A stretch of DNA of 64,000 bases from Rhodospirillaceae bacterium (GTDB lineage: Bacteria; Pseudomonadota; Alphaproteobacteria; CACIAM-22H2): NCBI GenBank assembly GCA_027490975.1, contig JAIXXA010000166.1, positions 14,150 to 78,149 of the forward strand, in the 5' to 3' direction. The notes beneath the pieces were generated by a model. That model ran no database searches and was not told the DNA's origin. It saw only the letters and a program-made list of their open reading frames with translations. How positions within the stretch are numbered: the stretch's first letter is position 1; every line of letters begins with the position of its first letter. The position numbers and the translations under genes are program-made. This document shows positions 24,625 through 33,770 of this stretch, piece by piece.

Positions 24625-27081
24625 ATGCAAGACTCCAAGGTTACGGCCGTCTTGGGGCCGACGAATACGGGAAAGACCTTTCTGGCGGTCGAGCGCATGC
24701 TGGGCCATCGCACCGGCATGATCGGTTTTCCGCTGCGCCTGCTCGCGCGCGAAAACTACGAACGCATCGCCGCATCCAAGGGCGCAGGCCAAGTCGCCCT
24801 CGTCACCGGCGAAGAGCGCATCGTGCCGCCCTATGCGCGCTGGTTCGTGTGCACGGTCGAGGCGATGCCGATCGAGCGCGAGGTGGGTTTTCTCGCGGTC
24901 GACGAAATCCAGATGGTCGCCGACCGCGAGCGCGGCCATGTGTTCGTCGACCGGCTCCTGCATGCGCGCGGGCGCAACGAAACGATGTTCATGGGGGCCG
25001 AGTCCGCCCGGCCCTTGATCCGGCGGCTGGTGCCCGAGGCCGAATTCGTCGTGCGCCCGCGCCTGTCCACGCTCACCTATGCGGGCCCGCGCAAGATCAC
25101 GCGCCTGCCCAGGCGCAGCGCCATCGTCGCGTTTTCGGCCGCCGAGGTCTACGAGATCGCCGAGCTTGTGCGCCGCCAGCGCGGCGGGGCGGCCCTCGTG
25201 TTCGGCGCCTTGAGCCCGCGCACGCGCAACGCGCAGGTCGCCATGTACCAGTCGGGCGACGTCGACTATCTGATCGCGACCGACGCGATCGGCATGGGCC
25301 TCAACATGGATATCGACCATGTCGCGTTTGCGGCGACGGCGAAGTTCGACGGCCGCCATATGCGCAGGCTGCTCGCGCCCGAGCTCGGCCAAATCGCCGG
25401 GCGTGCGGGGCGCAACATGACCAACGGCACCTTCGGCACCACGGCCGATGTGGGCCCGCTCGACGCCGATCTTGTCGAAGCGATCGAGGAGCATCGCTTC
25501 CCGCCGCTCACCCATTGCTACTGGCGCAATTCCGATCTCGATTTCCGCACGCTCGACGGGCTGCTCGAAACGCTCGACCGGCGCGCGCCGTGGCCCGAGC
25601 TCGTGCGCGTGCGCGACGCCGACGACCATCTCGCTTTGCAGGCCCTCGCGCGCGATGCCGACATCCGCACCCTTTCGCGCGGGCGCGTGGGGCTGCTGTG
25701 GGAGGTGGCGCGCATCCCCGATTTCCGCAAGCAGATGGCCGACACCCATCCGCGCCTGCTCGCCAAAATCTTCGGCCATCTTGCGGGGCCGGCGGGCCGC
25801 CTGCCGCAGGATTGGGTCGACCGCCAGATCGAGCGCATCGATTCGGCCGACGGCGACATCGACAAATTGCTGCAGCAGATCGCCGCCATCCGCACCTGGA
25901 CCTACGTGTCGCACCGGCCCGACTGGATCGCCGACGCCGAGGGCGTGCAGGCCCGCGCGCGCGCGGTCGAAGACCGCCTGTCGGACGCGCTGCACGAGCG
26001 GCTCACGCAGCGTTTCGTCGATCGGCGCAATGCGGTCATCGTGCGCAAGCTCGCCGACGGCAGCGAATTGCTGGCGGCCGTGACCGCTGCAGGCGACGTG
26101 CTCGTCGAAGGCATGCCGGCCGGCAAGCTCGACGGGTTCGAGTTCCGCCCCGACCCGTCGCTCGATATGGGGGTGGCTGCGTTGCGCGCGGCCGCCAATC
26201 GCGCCCTGCGCCGCGATGTGGGCTTGCGCGTGCAGAAATTCGTCGCCGACGACGATGCCGCGTTCGCCCTGCTCCCTGACGCACGTATCGCCTGGAACGG
26301 CCAGCAAGTGGCAAAGCTCGTTGCGGGGGCGGAAGCCTTGGCGCCCGAAATCCAGCTTGCGCGTGCCGATCTGCTCGAGCCTGCACACCGGCAGGCCGTG
26401 TCGCGCCGCTTGGCCGAATGGCTGCAGGCCTGGCTCAAACAGCATATGGCCCCGTTGTTGCGCCTCAAGACGGCCCCCCTGCCGGCCGCCGCACGCGGCC
26501 TTGCGTTCGAGCTTGCGGCATCGCTTGGCGCCATCGCGGCGTCCGACACGACGATCGCCCTCGACAGCCTCGACCGCACGGCGCGCGGCAGCTTGGCCAC
26601 CTGCGGCGTGCATGTGGGCGTGCGCGCGGCCTACGTGCCCGCCCTCAAAGACCACGCCGCGACGAAGCTGCGCGCCTTGCTGTGGCAGATCCATCGCGGC
26701 ATCGAGGGCGCCCTGCCGCCGCCGGGCAAACTCAGCGTGCCGCGCGGCGATCAGCCGCCGGGGCTGATGGCGGCGTGCCTCTATCTGCCGGCGGGCCCCT
26801 TGTTCGTGCGCGCCGACCGGCTCGAAAAGCTCGCCCAAGCCCTGCTGCAAGCCGGCCGCAGCGGCCCCTTTGCGCTCGACGCTGCCTGGACCAAGCTCGT
26901 CGATTGCGATGCGGCAACGCTGCCGGCGGTCGTGGCGTCGCTCGGCTATCGCCTTCAACCGGGCGAAACCGGGCCGCTGTTTGCGGCCCATCGCGGCGGT
27001 GCGGCCCGCAAACGCCCGAAGCCCGCCCCCGGCGATGCGGCGTCGCCGTTTTCGGTGCTGTCGGGGATTGCGCGCAAATGA
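24625..27081 (+). CDS. SUV3-like SF2 helicase (MgpS family)
   Basis: [38 protein letters not shown]. Confidence 0.93.
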   Translation: MQDSKVTAVLGPTNTGKTFLAVERMLGHRTGMIGFPLRLLARENYERIAASKGAGQVALVTGEERIVPPYARWFVCTVEAMPIEREVGFLAVDEIQMVADRERGHVFVDRLLHARGRNETMFMGAESARPLIRRLVPEAEFVVRPRLSTLTYAGPRKITRLPRRSAIVAFSAAEVYEIAELVRRQRGGAALVFGALSPRTRNAQVAMYQSGDVDYLIATDAIGMGLNMDIDHVAFAATAKFDGRHMRRLLAPELGQIAGRAGRNMTNGTFGTTADVGPLDADLVEAIEEHRFPPLTHCYWRNSDLDFRTLDGLLETLDRRAPWPELVRVRDADDHLALQALARDADIRTLSRGRVGLLWEVARIPDFRKQMADTHPRLLAKIFGHLAGPAGRLPQDWVDRQIERIDSADGDIDKLLQQIAAIRTWTYVSHRPDWIADAEGVQARARAVEDRLSDALHERLTQRFVDRRNAVIVRKLADGSELLAAVTAAGDVLVEGMPAGKLDGFEFRPDPSLDMGVAALRAAANRALRRDVGLRVQKFVADDDAAFALLPDARIAWNGQQVAKLVAGAEALAPEIQLARADLLEPAHRQAVSRRLAEWLQAWLKQHMAPLLRLKTAPLPAAARGLAFELAASLGAIAASDTTIALDSLDRTARGSLATCGVHVGVRAAYVPALKDHAATKLRALLWQIHRGIEGALPPPGKLSVPRGDQPPGLMAACLYLPAGPLFVRADRLEKLAQALLQAGRSGPFALDAAWTKLVDCDAATLPAVVASLGYRLQPGETGPLFAAHRGGAARKRPKPAPGDAASPFSVLSGIARK

Positions 27082-27359
27082 ACGACGAAGAAACACCCGA
27101 GCGCATGCGCGCCGACAAATTCCTGTGGATCGCGCGCTTCTTCCGCTCGCGGGCCCAGGCGCAAAGCGTGCTCGAGGCAGGCCGCGTGCGCTGCCGCGGC
27201 CGCATTCTCGACAAGGGCGATGCAGTCAAACAAGGCGACGTGCTCACCTTCACGCAAGGCGACAAGCTGCGCACGGTCGAGATCCTGGGTTTTGCGCCCA
27301 AACGCGGCAACGCCGCCCATGGCCAAGCGCTCTATCGCGATCTCTACGAAGCGGTTTGA
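27078..27359 (+). CDS. S4-domain RNA-binding protein (Hsp15-like)
   Basis: [18 protein letters not shown]; ATGA overlap with the helicase gene. Confidence 0.88.
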   Translation: MNDEETPERMRADKFLWIARFFRSRAQAQSVLEAGRVRCRGRILDKGDAVKQGDVLTFTQGDKLRTVEILGFAPKRGNAAHGQALYRDLYEAV

Positions 27360-27448
27360 CCCTTCCGGGCACGGGGTTGCCGAGGCCGAACGGCTATGCT
27401 ACCCGAACAGATACGAATGGTTCGCGCATAAAGGCCAGAGAGAAGGCA

Positions 27449-27790
27449 ATGACCTATATCGTCAACGACAGCTGCATCAAGTGCAAGTACACGGACTGCG
27501 TGGAAGTGTGCCCGGTCGATTGCTTCTACGAAGGCGAGAACATGCTCGTCATCAAGGCCGACGAATGCATCGATTGCGGCGTGTGCGAACCCGAATGCCC
27601 GGCCGAGGCGATCCGCCCCGACACCGACCCCGCAGCCCAGCCCTGGATCGCCATCAACAACGAGTACGCCGAAAAATGGCCGAATCTGCGGCGCAAGAAA
27701 GATGCGCCCGCCGATGCCGATTCCTGGAAGGGTGTTGAGGGAAAGTTCGACAAGTATTTTTCTCCTAAACCCGGCTCCGGAAACCCATAA
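27449..27790 (+). CDS. fdxA: 7Fe ferredoxin
   Basis: [30 protein letters not shown]. Confidence 0.96.
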   Translation: MTYIVNDSCIKCKYTDCVEVCPVDCFYEGENMLVIKADECIDCGVCEPECPAEAIRPDTDPAAQPWIAINNEYAEKWPNLRRKKDAPADADSWKGVEGKFDKYFSPKPGSGNP

Positions 27791-28206
27791 AAGGCGCGTT
27801 CCGGCTAAAATCAAGACCTAAAGTCTCTCAAAAGGACCTTAGCCGTGCAAAAAACGCGCGGGTAATGCGTGCTTTTTCGTCGTTTTTGTGATAGCTTAAT
27901 AATTATCGGACTGTGGCAATTTCGTCGCAGGCCTCCTCCCCGGCAGGGGATCCCAACGGGCCAGGATGCCCGCTTCTCGATTGCCGTTTTTGCTGTCCGG
28001 ACAAGGGATTAGCTCAAATGGAAAAGGGCCGATATGCCGAAACGGCACATCGGAACGGCGGGGTTTTCGCCAATTCTCCCCGGAGAATAGGTGAAATAAT
28101 CCGCCCGAGGGCAGCTTCGACGGTGCGATGGGGTTCGACGGCCGATTTACGAGTGGCACATTCCGGCCGGTTTTTTCCGGTCGGTTCTGAAAGGAGCGGC
28201 TTTTCC

Positions 28207-28731
28207 ATGACGCTACGCAAGACGACAGTGCGCGAAACCGACGATCTGGGCTTTGCCGTGGGCGACCACGTTGTGTACCCGACCCATGGCGTGGGCAAAA
28301 TCACCGGCCTCGAATCGCAGGAAATCGCGGGCACCAAGCTGCGCCTGTTCGTGATCCAGTTCGACAAGGATCGCATGACGCTGCGCGTGCCGATGATGAA
28401 GGCCAAAACCTCGGGCCTGCGCCGTCTTTGCACGAAAAAGGAAATGCAGAACGCGCTCGCCACGCTGAAGGCGCGCGCGCGCATCCGCCGCACCATGTGG
28501 AGCCGCCGCGCGCAGGAATACGAAGCCAAGATCAATTCGGGCGACCCCAAGGCGATCGCCGAAGTGGTGCGCGACCTGCACCGCAATGCGGGCCAGCCCG
28601 ACCAGTCTTTCAGCGAACGCCAGATGTACCAGGCGGCCCTCGACCGTCTGGTGCGCGAATTCGCGGCCGTCGAAAAGATCACCGAAGAAGTGGCCGTGCA
28701 GCGCCTCGAAGCGATGCTGAAGGCCGCTTAA
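28207..28731 (+). CDS. carD: CarD/CdnL RNA polymerase-binding factor
   Basis: VVYPTHGVG, WSRRAQEYEAKINSG, VVRDL; follows fdxA as in many alphaproteobacteria. Confidence 0.95.
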   Translation: MTLRKTTVRETDDLGFAVGDHVVYPTHGVGKITGLESQEIAGTKLRLFVIQFDKDRMTLRVPMMKAKTSGLRRLCTKKEMQNALATLKARARIRRTMWSRRAQEYEAKINSGDPKAIAEVVRDLHRNAGQPDQSFSERQMYQAALDRLVREFAAVEKITEEVAVQRLEAMLKAA

Positions 28732-28761
28732 GTCCGAACGCAAGTTCAAGGGACCACGCAG

Positions 28762-28793
28762 AAACCCCGCCGGGTCAAACCGGCGGGGTTTTT
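28762..28793 (+). terminator. Intrinsic terminator after carD
   Basis: AAACCCCGCCGG-GTCAAA-CCGGCGGGGTTTTT. Confidence 0.88.
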
Positions 28794-28848
28794 GTTTGGG
28801 GCTTTTTTGTTTGGGGCGGCGCGAGCCCGCACGCTAAGTTTTGCGGCG

Positions 28849-29682
28849 ATGGCTGTTTCTCCGCCCGCACGCCCGACCAGCGCTGCCCGCAACGAACGTT
28901 TTGCCGTGCTGCGCAAGGCCAAGCGCGTGTGGGCGATCGCGAGCATCCATGGGGCAGACGAAAAACTCGGGCGCCTGCACGAGGCCCTGGCCGAACGCTG
29001 GCAAACCGGCGACCGGCTTGTCTATCTCGGCAATTGGCTCGGCCGCGGCCCCGGCATTGCGCCCGCCATCGACGAGATGCTGCGCATGCGCCGCGCGATC
29101 ATCGCCCTGCCCGGCTTCTTCGCGGCCGACGTCGTGTTCCTGCGCGGCATGCAAGAAGAGATGCTGCAGAAATGCCTGCAGCTGCATTTCGCCGTAAACC
29201 CCGGCGAGGTCTTCGCCTGGATGCTCGACCAGGGTTTGGCCGCCACGCTCGAAGCCTACGGGGCCGACATCCGCGCAGGCCTCGTGGCCGCGCGCGAAGG
29301 GGCAACCGCCTTGGCGCGCTGGACCGGCCTCGTGCGCCGCGGTCTCGATGCCAAGCCCGGACACCGCGAACTCACGCTTGCCATGCGGCGTGCCGCGACC
29401 GACGAGGTGGGAAAGCGCCTGTTCGTGAGTGCGGGCCTCGATTTCGACCGCCCGCTCGAAGCCCAGGGCGATGCGCTGTGGTGGGGCGGGCGCGGCTTCG
29501 ACAAACGCGACACCCCCTTCGAGAGCTACGCCCGCATCGTGCGCGGCTACGCGCCCACCCATCCGGGCAGTGCGGCCGGCCCCTTTACCCTCACGCTCGA
29601 CGGCGGCTGCGGTTTCGGCGGCCCGCTTTTGGCCGCAAGCATCGGGCCCGACGGGGAAATTCTCGAAACAATTGAAGCCTGA
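28849..29682 (+). CDS. Calcineurin-like phosphatase-fold protein with degenerate metal ligands
   Basis: PPP/ApaH motif spacing retained but altered: SIHG, GNWLGRG, GMQE, VSAG, RGY. Confidence 0.75.
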   Translation: MAVSPPARPTSAARNERFAVLRKAKRVWAIASIHGADEKLGRLHEALAERWQTGDRLVYLGNWLGRGPGIAPAIDEMLRMRRAIIALPGFFAADVVFLRGMQEEMLQKCLQLHFAVNPGEVFAWMLDQGLAATLEAYGADIRAGLVAAREGATALARWTGLVRRGLDAKPGHRELTLAMRRAATDEVGKRLFVSAGLDFDRPLEAQGDALWWGGRGFDKRDTPFESYARIVRGYAPTHPGSAAGPFTLTLDGGCGFGGPLLAASIGPDGEILETIEA

Positions 29683-29704
29683 ACGGGGTCTTTTGGAATT
29701 TCTG

Positions 29705-29730
29705 TGATCCGACTTGTCGGGGGTTGCGTA
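29705..29730 (+). promoter_or_regulatory. SigmaE-ChrR type promoter
   Basis: TGATCC-N15-GCGTA, matching the alphaproteobacterial singlet-oxygen sigmaE consensus, upstream of the rpoH2-like gene. Confidence 0.8.
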
Positions 29731-29805
29731 AACACCGACGAGGCCCTGCATTGGCGGGGCAAGACCTGGGGGCTGCCCCTGGGCAGTTGCGGAAAGTTCG
29801 TTCGA

Positions 29806-30690
29806 ATGGCCCATTTCGACGACGCCCAGACCCAGCGCGACAATCTGATCGTGATTCGCCGCGCCATGAAAACGCCGATGCTCGAGCGCGCGCGCGAGAT
29901 GGAACTCGCCCTCGCCTGGCGCGAGACCGGCAACCAAACCGCCTTGGCCGAGCTTGTCGGCGCCTATGGGCGCATGGTCGTGTCGATGGCGCTCAAATTC
30001 CGCCATTACGGCCTGCCCGTCGGCGACCTCATCCAAGAAGGCAATATCGGCCTCATGCAGGCCGCCCAACGTTTCGAGCCGTCGCGCGACGTGCGCTTTG
30101 CCACCTACGCGCAATGGTGGATCCGTGCTGCCATCCAGGACTTCGTGCTGCGCAATTGGTCGATCGTGCGCACGGGTACGACGGCCGCGCACAAATCGCT
30201 GTTCTTCAATCTGCGCCGCCTGCGCGCCAAGCTCGACGATCCGTCGGCCGACCGCATGACGGACGCGCAGCGCAAACAGATCGCCGCCAGCTTGCGCGTC
30301 GATCTGTCGGACGTCGAGACGATGGAAGGCCGCCTGTCGGCCGGCGACCGCTCGCTCGACGCGCCCGCCAGCGACGAGAACGAAAACGCGTGGGTTTCCG
30401 CCCTCGCCGACGACCGCCCGACGCCCGAAGAAACCACGATGTCGCTGCACGACGAAGACGCGCGCAAAAACCTGCTGCGCGCCGCCTTGGGCGATCTCAA
30501 CGCGCGCGAACGCGCGGTCATCGAGGCAAGGCGCTTGGGCGAAGACAACGTGACGCTCGAAACGCTCGGCGACCGCCTCGGCATTTCCAAAGAACGCGTG
30601 CGCCAGATCGAACACCGCGCGCTGATCAAGCTCAAAGAAGCGGTCGTCAAGCGCGTCGCCGACCCGAGCGATCTATTCGCGGGGATGTGA
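29806..30690 (+). CDS. rpoH2: RNA polymerase sigma-32 family factor, RpoH2-like
   Basis: DLIQEGNIGLM, RFATYAQWWIRA, RpoH-box-like HKSLFFNLRR, ISKERVRQIE. Confidence 0.88.
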   Translation: MAHFDDAQTQRDNLIVIRRAMKTPMLERAREMELALAWRETGNQTALAELVGAYGRMVVSMALKFRHYGLPVGDLIQEGNIGLMQAAQRFEPSRDVRFATYAQWWIRAAIQDFVLRNWSIVRTGTTAAHKSLFFNLRRLRAKLDDPSADRMTDAQRKQIAASLRVDLSDVETMEGRLSAGDRSLDAPASDENENAWVSALADDRPTPEETTMSLHDEDARKNLLRAALGDLNARERAVIEARRLGEDNVTLETLGDRLGISKERVRQIEHRALIKLKEAVVKRVADPSDLFAGM

Positions 30691-30707
30691 AGGGCGCGGC
30701 GGGTCGG

Positions 30708-32060
30708 CGTGAATAGTTGCTTCAATCTGCCACTTCGGGCGCACTACCTGCGATGTAAGCTCGCTTCAAAGGAAGAAGGAGCTTATGTCGCGTATCAAAT
30801 TTTTCGTAATGATTGTATATGAGCTCAACCAAGGCAGCCCCATCTATCAGACGCAAGTTGGGCTTTGTGCGATCGTAAGCTCGTGCTTCGGCGCTAAACT
30901 GCCCTAGCGTCACAAATAGCCCATGCTCGCCCGCTTCAATGGCTCCATGAAGCTCTTGGACTTTTGGTCGACCGATTGGATCCAAGGTTTGTTTGCACTG
31001 AACCTTTATGATTGGCGGCTCAAACCCAAGCTCGTCTTTATGCGCGATTATGTCGATACCGCCATCAGATGACTGCTGAGTTACACGCGCGTAATAGCCC
31101 ATGCACGTCAACAAGTGTGCAATGAATTTCTCGAAATCATATGGGGATAACTTGGTCTTTAGGCGCTTTATAACAAAGTCTTCGGTCGATTCCTGAACTT
31201 GAATAGAGACGTCGGCGGCAGCTTCATCGTCCAACTCTTGATCTACAATTGCTCTACCGTCTAAAGCAGCTCGAAACTCGTCTGCGTGCGTCGAAATCTG
31301 GAAAAGTGTTATTGCCGAGCCAATCTCATAAAGCGCTGATTGAGAAAATTCGGCGCGTTGCATTTGGCGCAACCATTTTACCTTGCGCCTGTGAGGATAA
31401 CTATCCATGAACTCGAAAACATACTTGTAGTCACTATCAATTACTCCGAGATGGACGATCCGATCTGGCTTCGACGGATAGACCACCATGTCGCCGACCT
31501 CCATCTCGTTGGCAAATCGAAATAGAACGCCTGCTTTCACAGGTATCGCGCCTGCCTTCACATCGGAATACTTCGCGCTCATCTGAGCCTTGAAAGATTC
31601 GCGATTTTTCGGAAGCTTCGACAAGTCGCCCATTGCTGGCCAGCCAATCGCGATAAAGCCATCTTCAATCGGGGATACCGCGTCAATATCCGCCATATGC
31701 AATCCCCAGATCGACTTGATCATCTTCTCTTCTCCACTATGCCGACAAAGGCCAACACAACTCCGCACCAAAGCGAATAACAAAGTATCGCGCGAAAGAC
31801 GGTAAGTGTCTGCAACCGAGACAGAGTTATTGCCCAAGGACATTATCGTGTTGACAACGATTCAACTATAAATTTTCACAAGAATGGCACTGTCTGCCAA
31901 TCGACTGACCGACATGTCCGGTTGGTACGTTCGTACTATCGGCGCGTACCCGATGCTGCGGCCGACGCATCGAATCGGTGACACGGCACCGATCCTGTGT
32001 TAGATTATAAGCATTGAAAGGATGATTAACCTTTCATTTGCTGTTTGACATCGTGAATAG
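30708..32060. mobile_element. Low-GC inserted cassette bounded by the 9-bp direct repeat CGTGAATAG
   Basis: Repeat copies at 30708-30716 and 32052-32060 coincide with the visible GC drop; no transposase or terminal inverted repeats seen. Confidence 0.55.
30722..31723 (-). CDS. Mrr-family (type IV-like) restriction endonuclease
   Basis: C-terminal FEKFIAHLL...GY...SDGGIDII...VQCK...GLFVT...LIDG (PD-QxK); N-terminal IAIGW domain; atypical codon usage. Confidence 0.88.
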   Translation of the reverse strand: MIKSIWGLHMADIDAVSPIEDGFIAIGWPAMGDLSKLPKNRESFKAQMSAKYSDVKAGAIPVKAGVLFRFANEMEVGDMVVYPSKPDRIVHLGVIDSDYKYVFEFMDSYPHRRKVKWLRQMQRAEFSQSALYEIGSAITLFQISTHADEFRAALDGRAIVDQELDDEAAADVSIQVQESTEDFVIKRLKTKLSPYDFEKFIAHLLTCMGYYARVTQQSSDGGIDIIAHKDELGFEPPIIKVQCKQTLDPIGRPKVQELHGAIEAGEHGLFVTLGQFSAEARAYDRTKPNLRLIDGAALVELIYNHYEKFDTRHKLLLPLKRAYIAGSAPEVAD

Positions 32061-32106
32061 CTTGTCGCCTGGCCCGGCGCTTCGCAGGGGTGCACGGAAT
32101 TTCTGC

Positions 32107-32134
32107 GGAATCCACGCGATATATTATGTCAAAT
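32107..32134 (+). other. dif-like site with a strong XerD arm
   Basis: GGAATCCACGC-GATATA-TTATGTCAAAT; the right arm differs by one base from the E. coli XerD arm TTATGTTAAAT, while the left arm is divergent. Confidence 0.5.
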
Positions 32135-32144
32135 CAATGACTTG
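32132..32144 (+). promoter_or_regulatory. IHF consensus site
   Basis: AATCAATGACTTG matches WATCAANNNNTTR. Confidence 0.45.
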
Positions 32145-32154
32145 ACTGAAAAAG

Positions 32155-32231
32155 TGTTGCGTCTATGTCGCGTGGATGTCGCGCATCTGTCGCGCCCATG
32201 TCGCGTAGATGTTGCGCAGATGTTTCGCTAG
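32155..32231 (+). repeat. Seven tandem imperfect 11-bp repeats (core TGTYGCG)
   Basis: TGTTGCGTCTA TGTCGCGTGGA TGTCGCGCATC TGTCGCGCCCA TGTCGCGTAGA TGTTGCGCAGA TGTTTCGCTAG. Confidence 0.9.
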
Positions 32232-33647
32232 TCAATCGCCGGTCGCGCGGGCGTTTTTGGCGGCGGCTTGGGCGATCGGCAGATAGACCGAGAAAATCGT
32301 GCCCTTGCCGATCTCGCTTGCGATGTCGAGCGCCCCGCGATGGCGGTTGACGATGTGTTTGGCGATCGCAAGGCCCAAGCCCGTGCCCCCCATGTCGCGC
32401 GAGCGGCCGGCATCCACGCGGTAGAAACGCTCGGTCAGGCGCGGCAGATGTTCGCGCGCAATGCCCTCGCCGTCGTCGGCGACCGTGATCTCGACATAGG
32501 CCTCGGCGCGCGGGGCAAAGCCGGCCGGCAGGCGCGCGGCCACCGTCGCGCGCACGCGCACCGTGCCGCCGCTGCGGCCGTATTTGATCGCGTTGTCGAT
32601 GAGGTTCTGGAACACCTGGGCGAGCTGGTCGCTGTCGCCGCGCACGGGCGGCAAGATGTCGGCGATGTGCACGTCGAGGGCCGTGTTTTTGGCCTTGGCA
32701 GCCAGCGTCAGCGAATCGAGCGTGGTCTGCAGCGTCTTGGCGATGTCGGCTTGCGTCGCGGGCGGGCTGTGTTCGAGCTCTTCGATCTTCGACAGCGACA
32801 GGAGATCCTTGACGATGCGCGTCATGCGCTGGGTCTGCGCATCCATGATGCCGAGGAAACGCTTGCGGGCCTCGCCGTCGTCGCGCGCCGGGCCCTGCAG
32901 CGTTTCGATGAAGCCCGTCAGCGTGGCAAGCGGGGTGCGCAGCTCGTGGCTCACATTGGCCACGAAGTCGCGGCGCATGCGCTCGGCCTGCTGCACGGCC
33001 GTCACGTCGGCGATCGCGACGAGCGCGGCCGGGGCCGTGCCCAGCGGGCGCGGCAGCGGCACCACGCGCACGCGCAAAGCGCGCTCGACCGAGCCCGCGA
33101 GACGCGCCTCGGTCGCCTCCGGATGGCGGCCGGAGAGCGCTTCGGCCACCGCATCGAGCGTGTTGGGGTCGCGCAGATACGCCACCAGCGGCTTGTCTTC
33201 GAGGTCCGAGCCGAACAGCGCGCGGGCGGCCGTGTTGGCGCGCACGATGCGCTCGTCGCTGTCGATCTGCAGGATCGCGTAGGGCAACGCATCGACGATC
33301 GATTCGAGGGCCGCTTCGCTTGCCATCGGCTGGGCGCGTTCGGGCATGGCGCGTTCGAGCTTCGCCACCGCCTCGGCCAAGGGTGCGGTCGGGCCCTCTT
33401 CCTGGGCCGTGGCCAGCGCATTGGGCGGATCGCCTTTGGCAAGGGCTTCGAGCCGGGCGGCGTGCTGGGCCAACCGCTCGAGATGGCGGCGCACCAGCCA
33501 GCCCGTGCACAGGCCCGTGGCCGCAATGGCGACCAACGCCCACAGCCACGAGACCTGGTGGGCGACGGCGAACACAACAAGCACCAGCGAGGCCGGTGCC
33601 GTCAGCGCCAGCGTGGTCGTCCAGAAATCTTCGGGCGGACTGCGCAT
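32232..33647 (-). CDS. phoR: Phosphate regulon sensor kinase PhoR-like
   Basis: [59 protein letters not shown] domain. Confidence 0.88.
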   Translation of the reverse strand: MRSPPEDFWTTTLALTAPASLVLVVFAVAHQVSWLWALVAIAATGLCTGWLVRRHLERLAQHAARLEALAKGDPPNALATAQEEGPTAPLAEAVAKLERAMPERAQPMASEAALESIVDALPYAILQIDSDERIVRANTAARALFGSDLEDKPLVAYLRDPNTLDAVAEALSGRHPEATEARLAGSVERALRVRVVPLPRPLGTAPAALVAIADVTAVQQAERMRRDFVANVSHELRTPLATLTGFIETLQGPARDDGEARKRFLGIMDAQTQRMTRIVKDLLSLSKIEELEHSPPATQADIAKTLQTTLDSLTLAAKAKNTALDVHIADILPPVRGDSDQLAQVFQNLIDNAIKYGRSGGTVRVRATVAARLPAGFAPRAEAYVEITVADDGEGIAREHLPRLTERFYRVDAGRSRDMGGTGLGLAIAKHIVNRHRGALDIASEIGKGTIFSVYLPIAQAAAKNARATGD

Positions 33648-33770
33648 CGCCTGCTTGTGCAGTCTCCGTGGGAAGCGGTCAAGAGGCCGAATCGGATAAA
33701 CCGACTCGAAGGGCGCCGATCATGGCACGCCTTCAAGTCGGCTGTATGACTGCTCGAACGCCAAAAACGC

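Noticed and set aside
24583-27096. 1106-aa minus-strand ORF fused to the phosphodiesterase
   Set aside because: Antisense shadow of the helicase; the real gene starts at 24582.
28789-28817. Short duplication TTTTTGTTTGGGGC after the carD terminator
   Set aside because: Two copies only; most simply local slippage of the terminator tail.
30691-30721. Integron attC site after the Mrr gene
   Set aside because: No RYYYAAC...GTTRRRY pair or long imperfect palindrome, and no integrase.
31845-32041. Retron msr-msd
   Set aside because: No reverse transcriptase in the window and no long flanking a1/a2 repeats.
31850-32150. Replication origin (AT-rich, IHF and CtrA-like sites)
   Set aside because: No convincing cluster of DnaA boxes and no typical origin-flanking genes; the AT richness is largely explained by the foreign cassette.
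32155-32231. Possible CRISPR array
   Set aside because: The period is only 11 bp, there are no unique spacers, and no cas genes are present.
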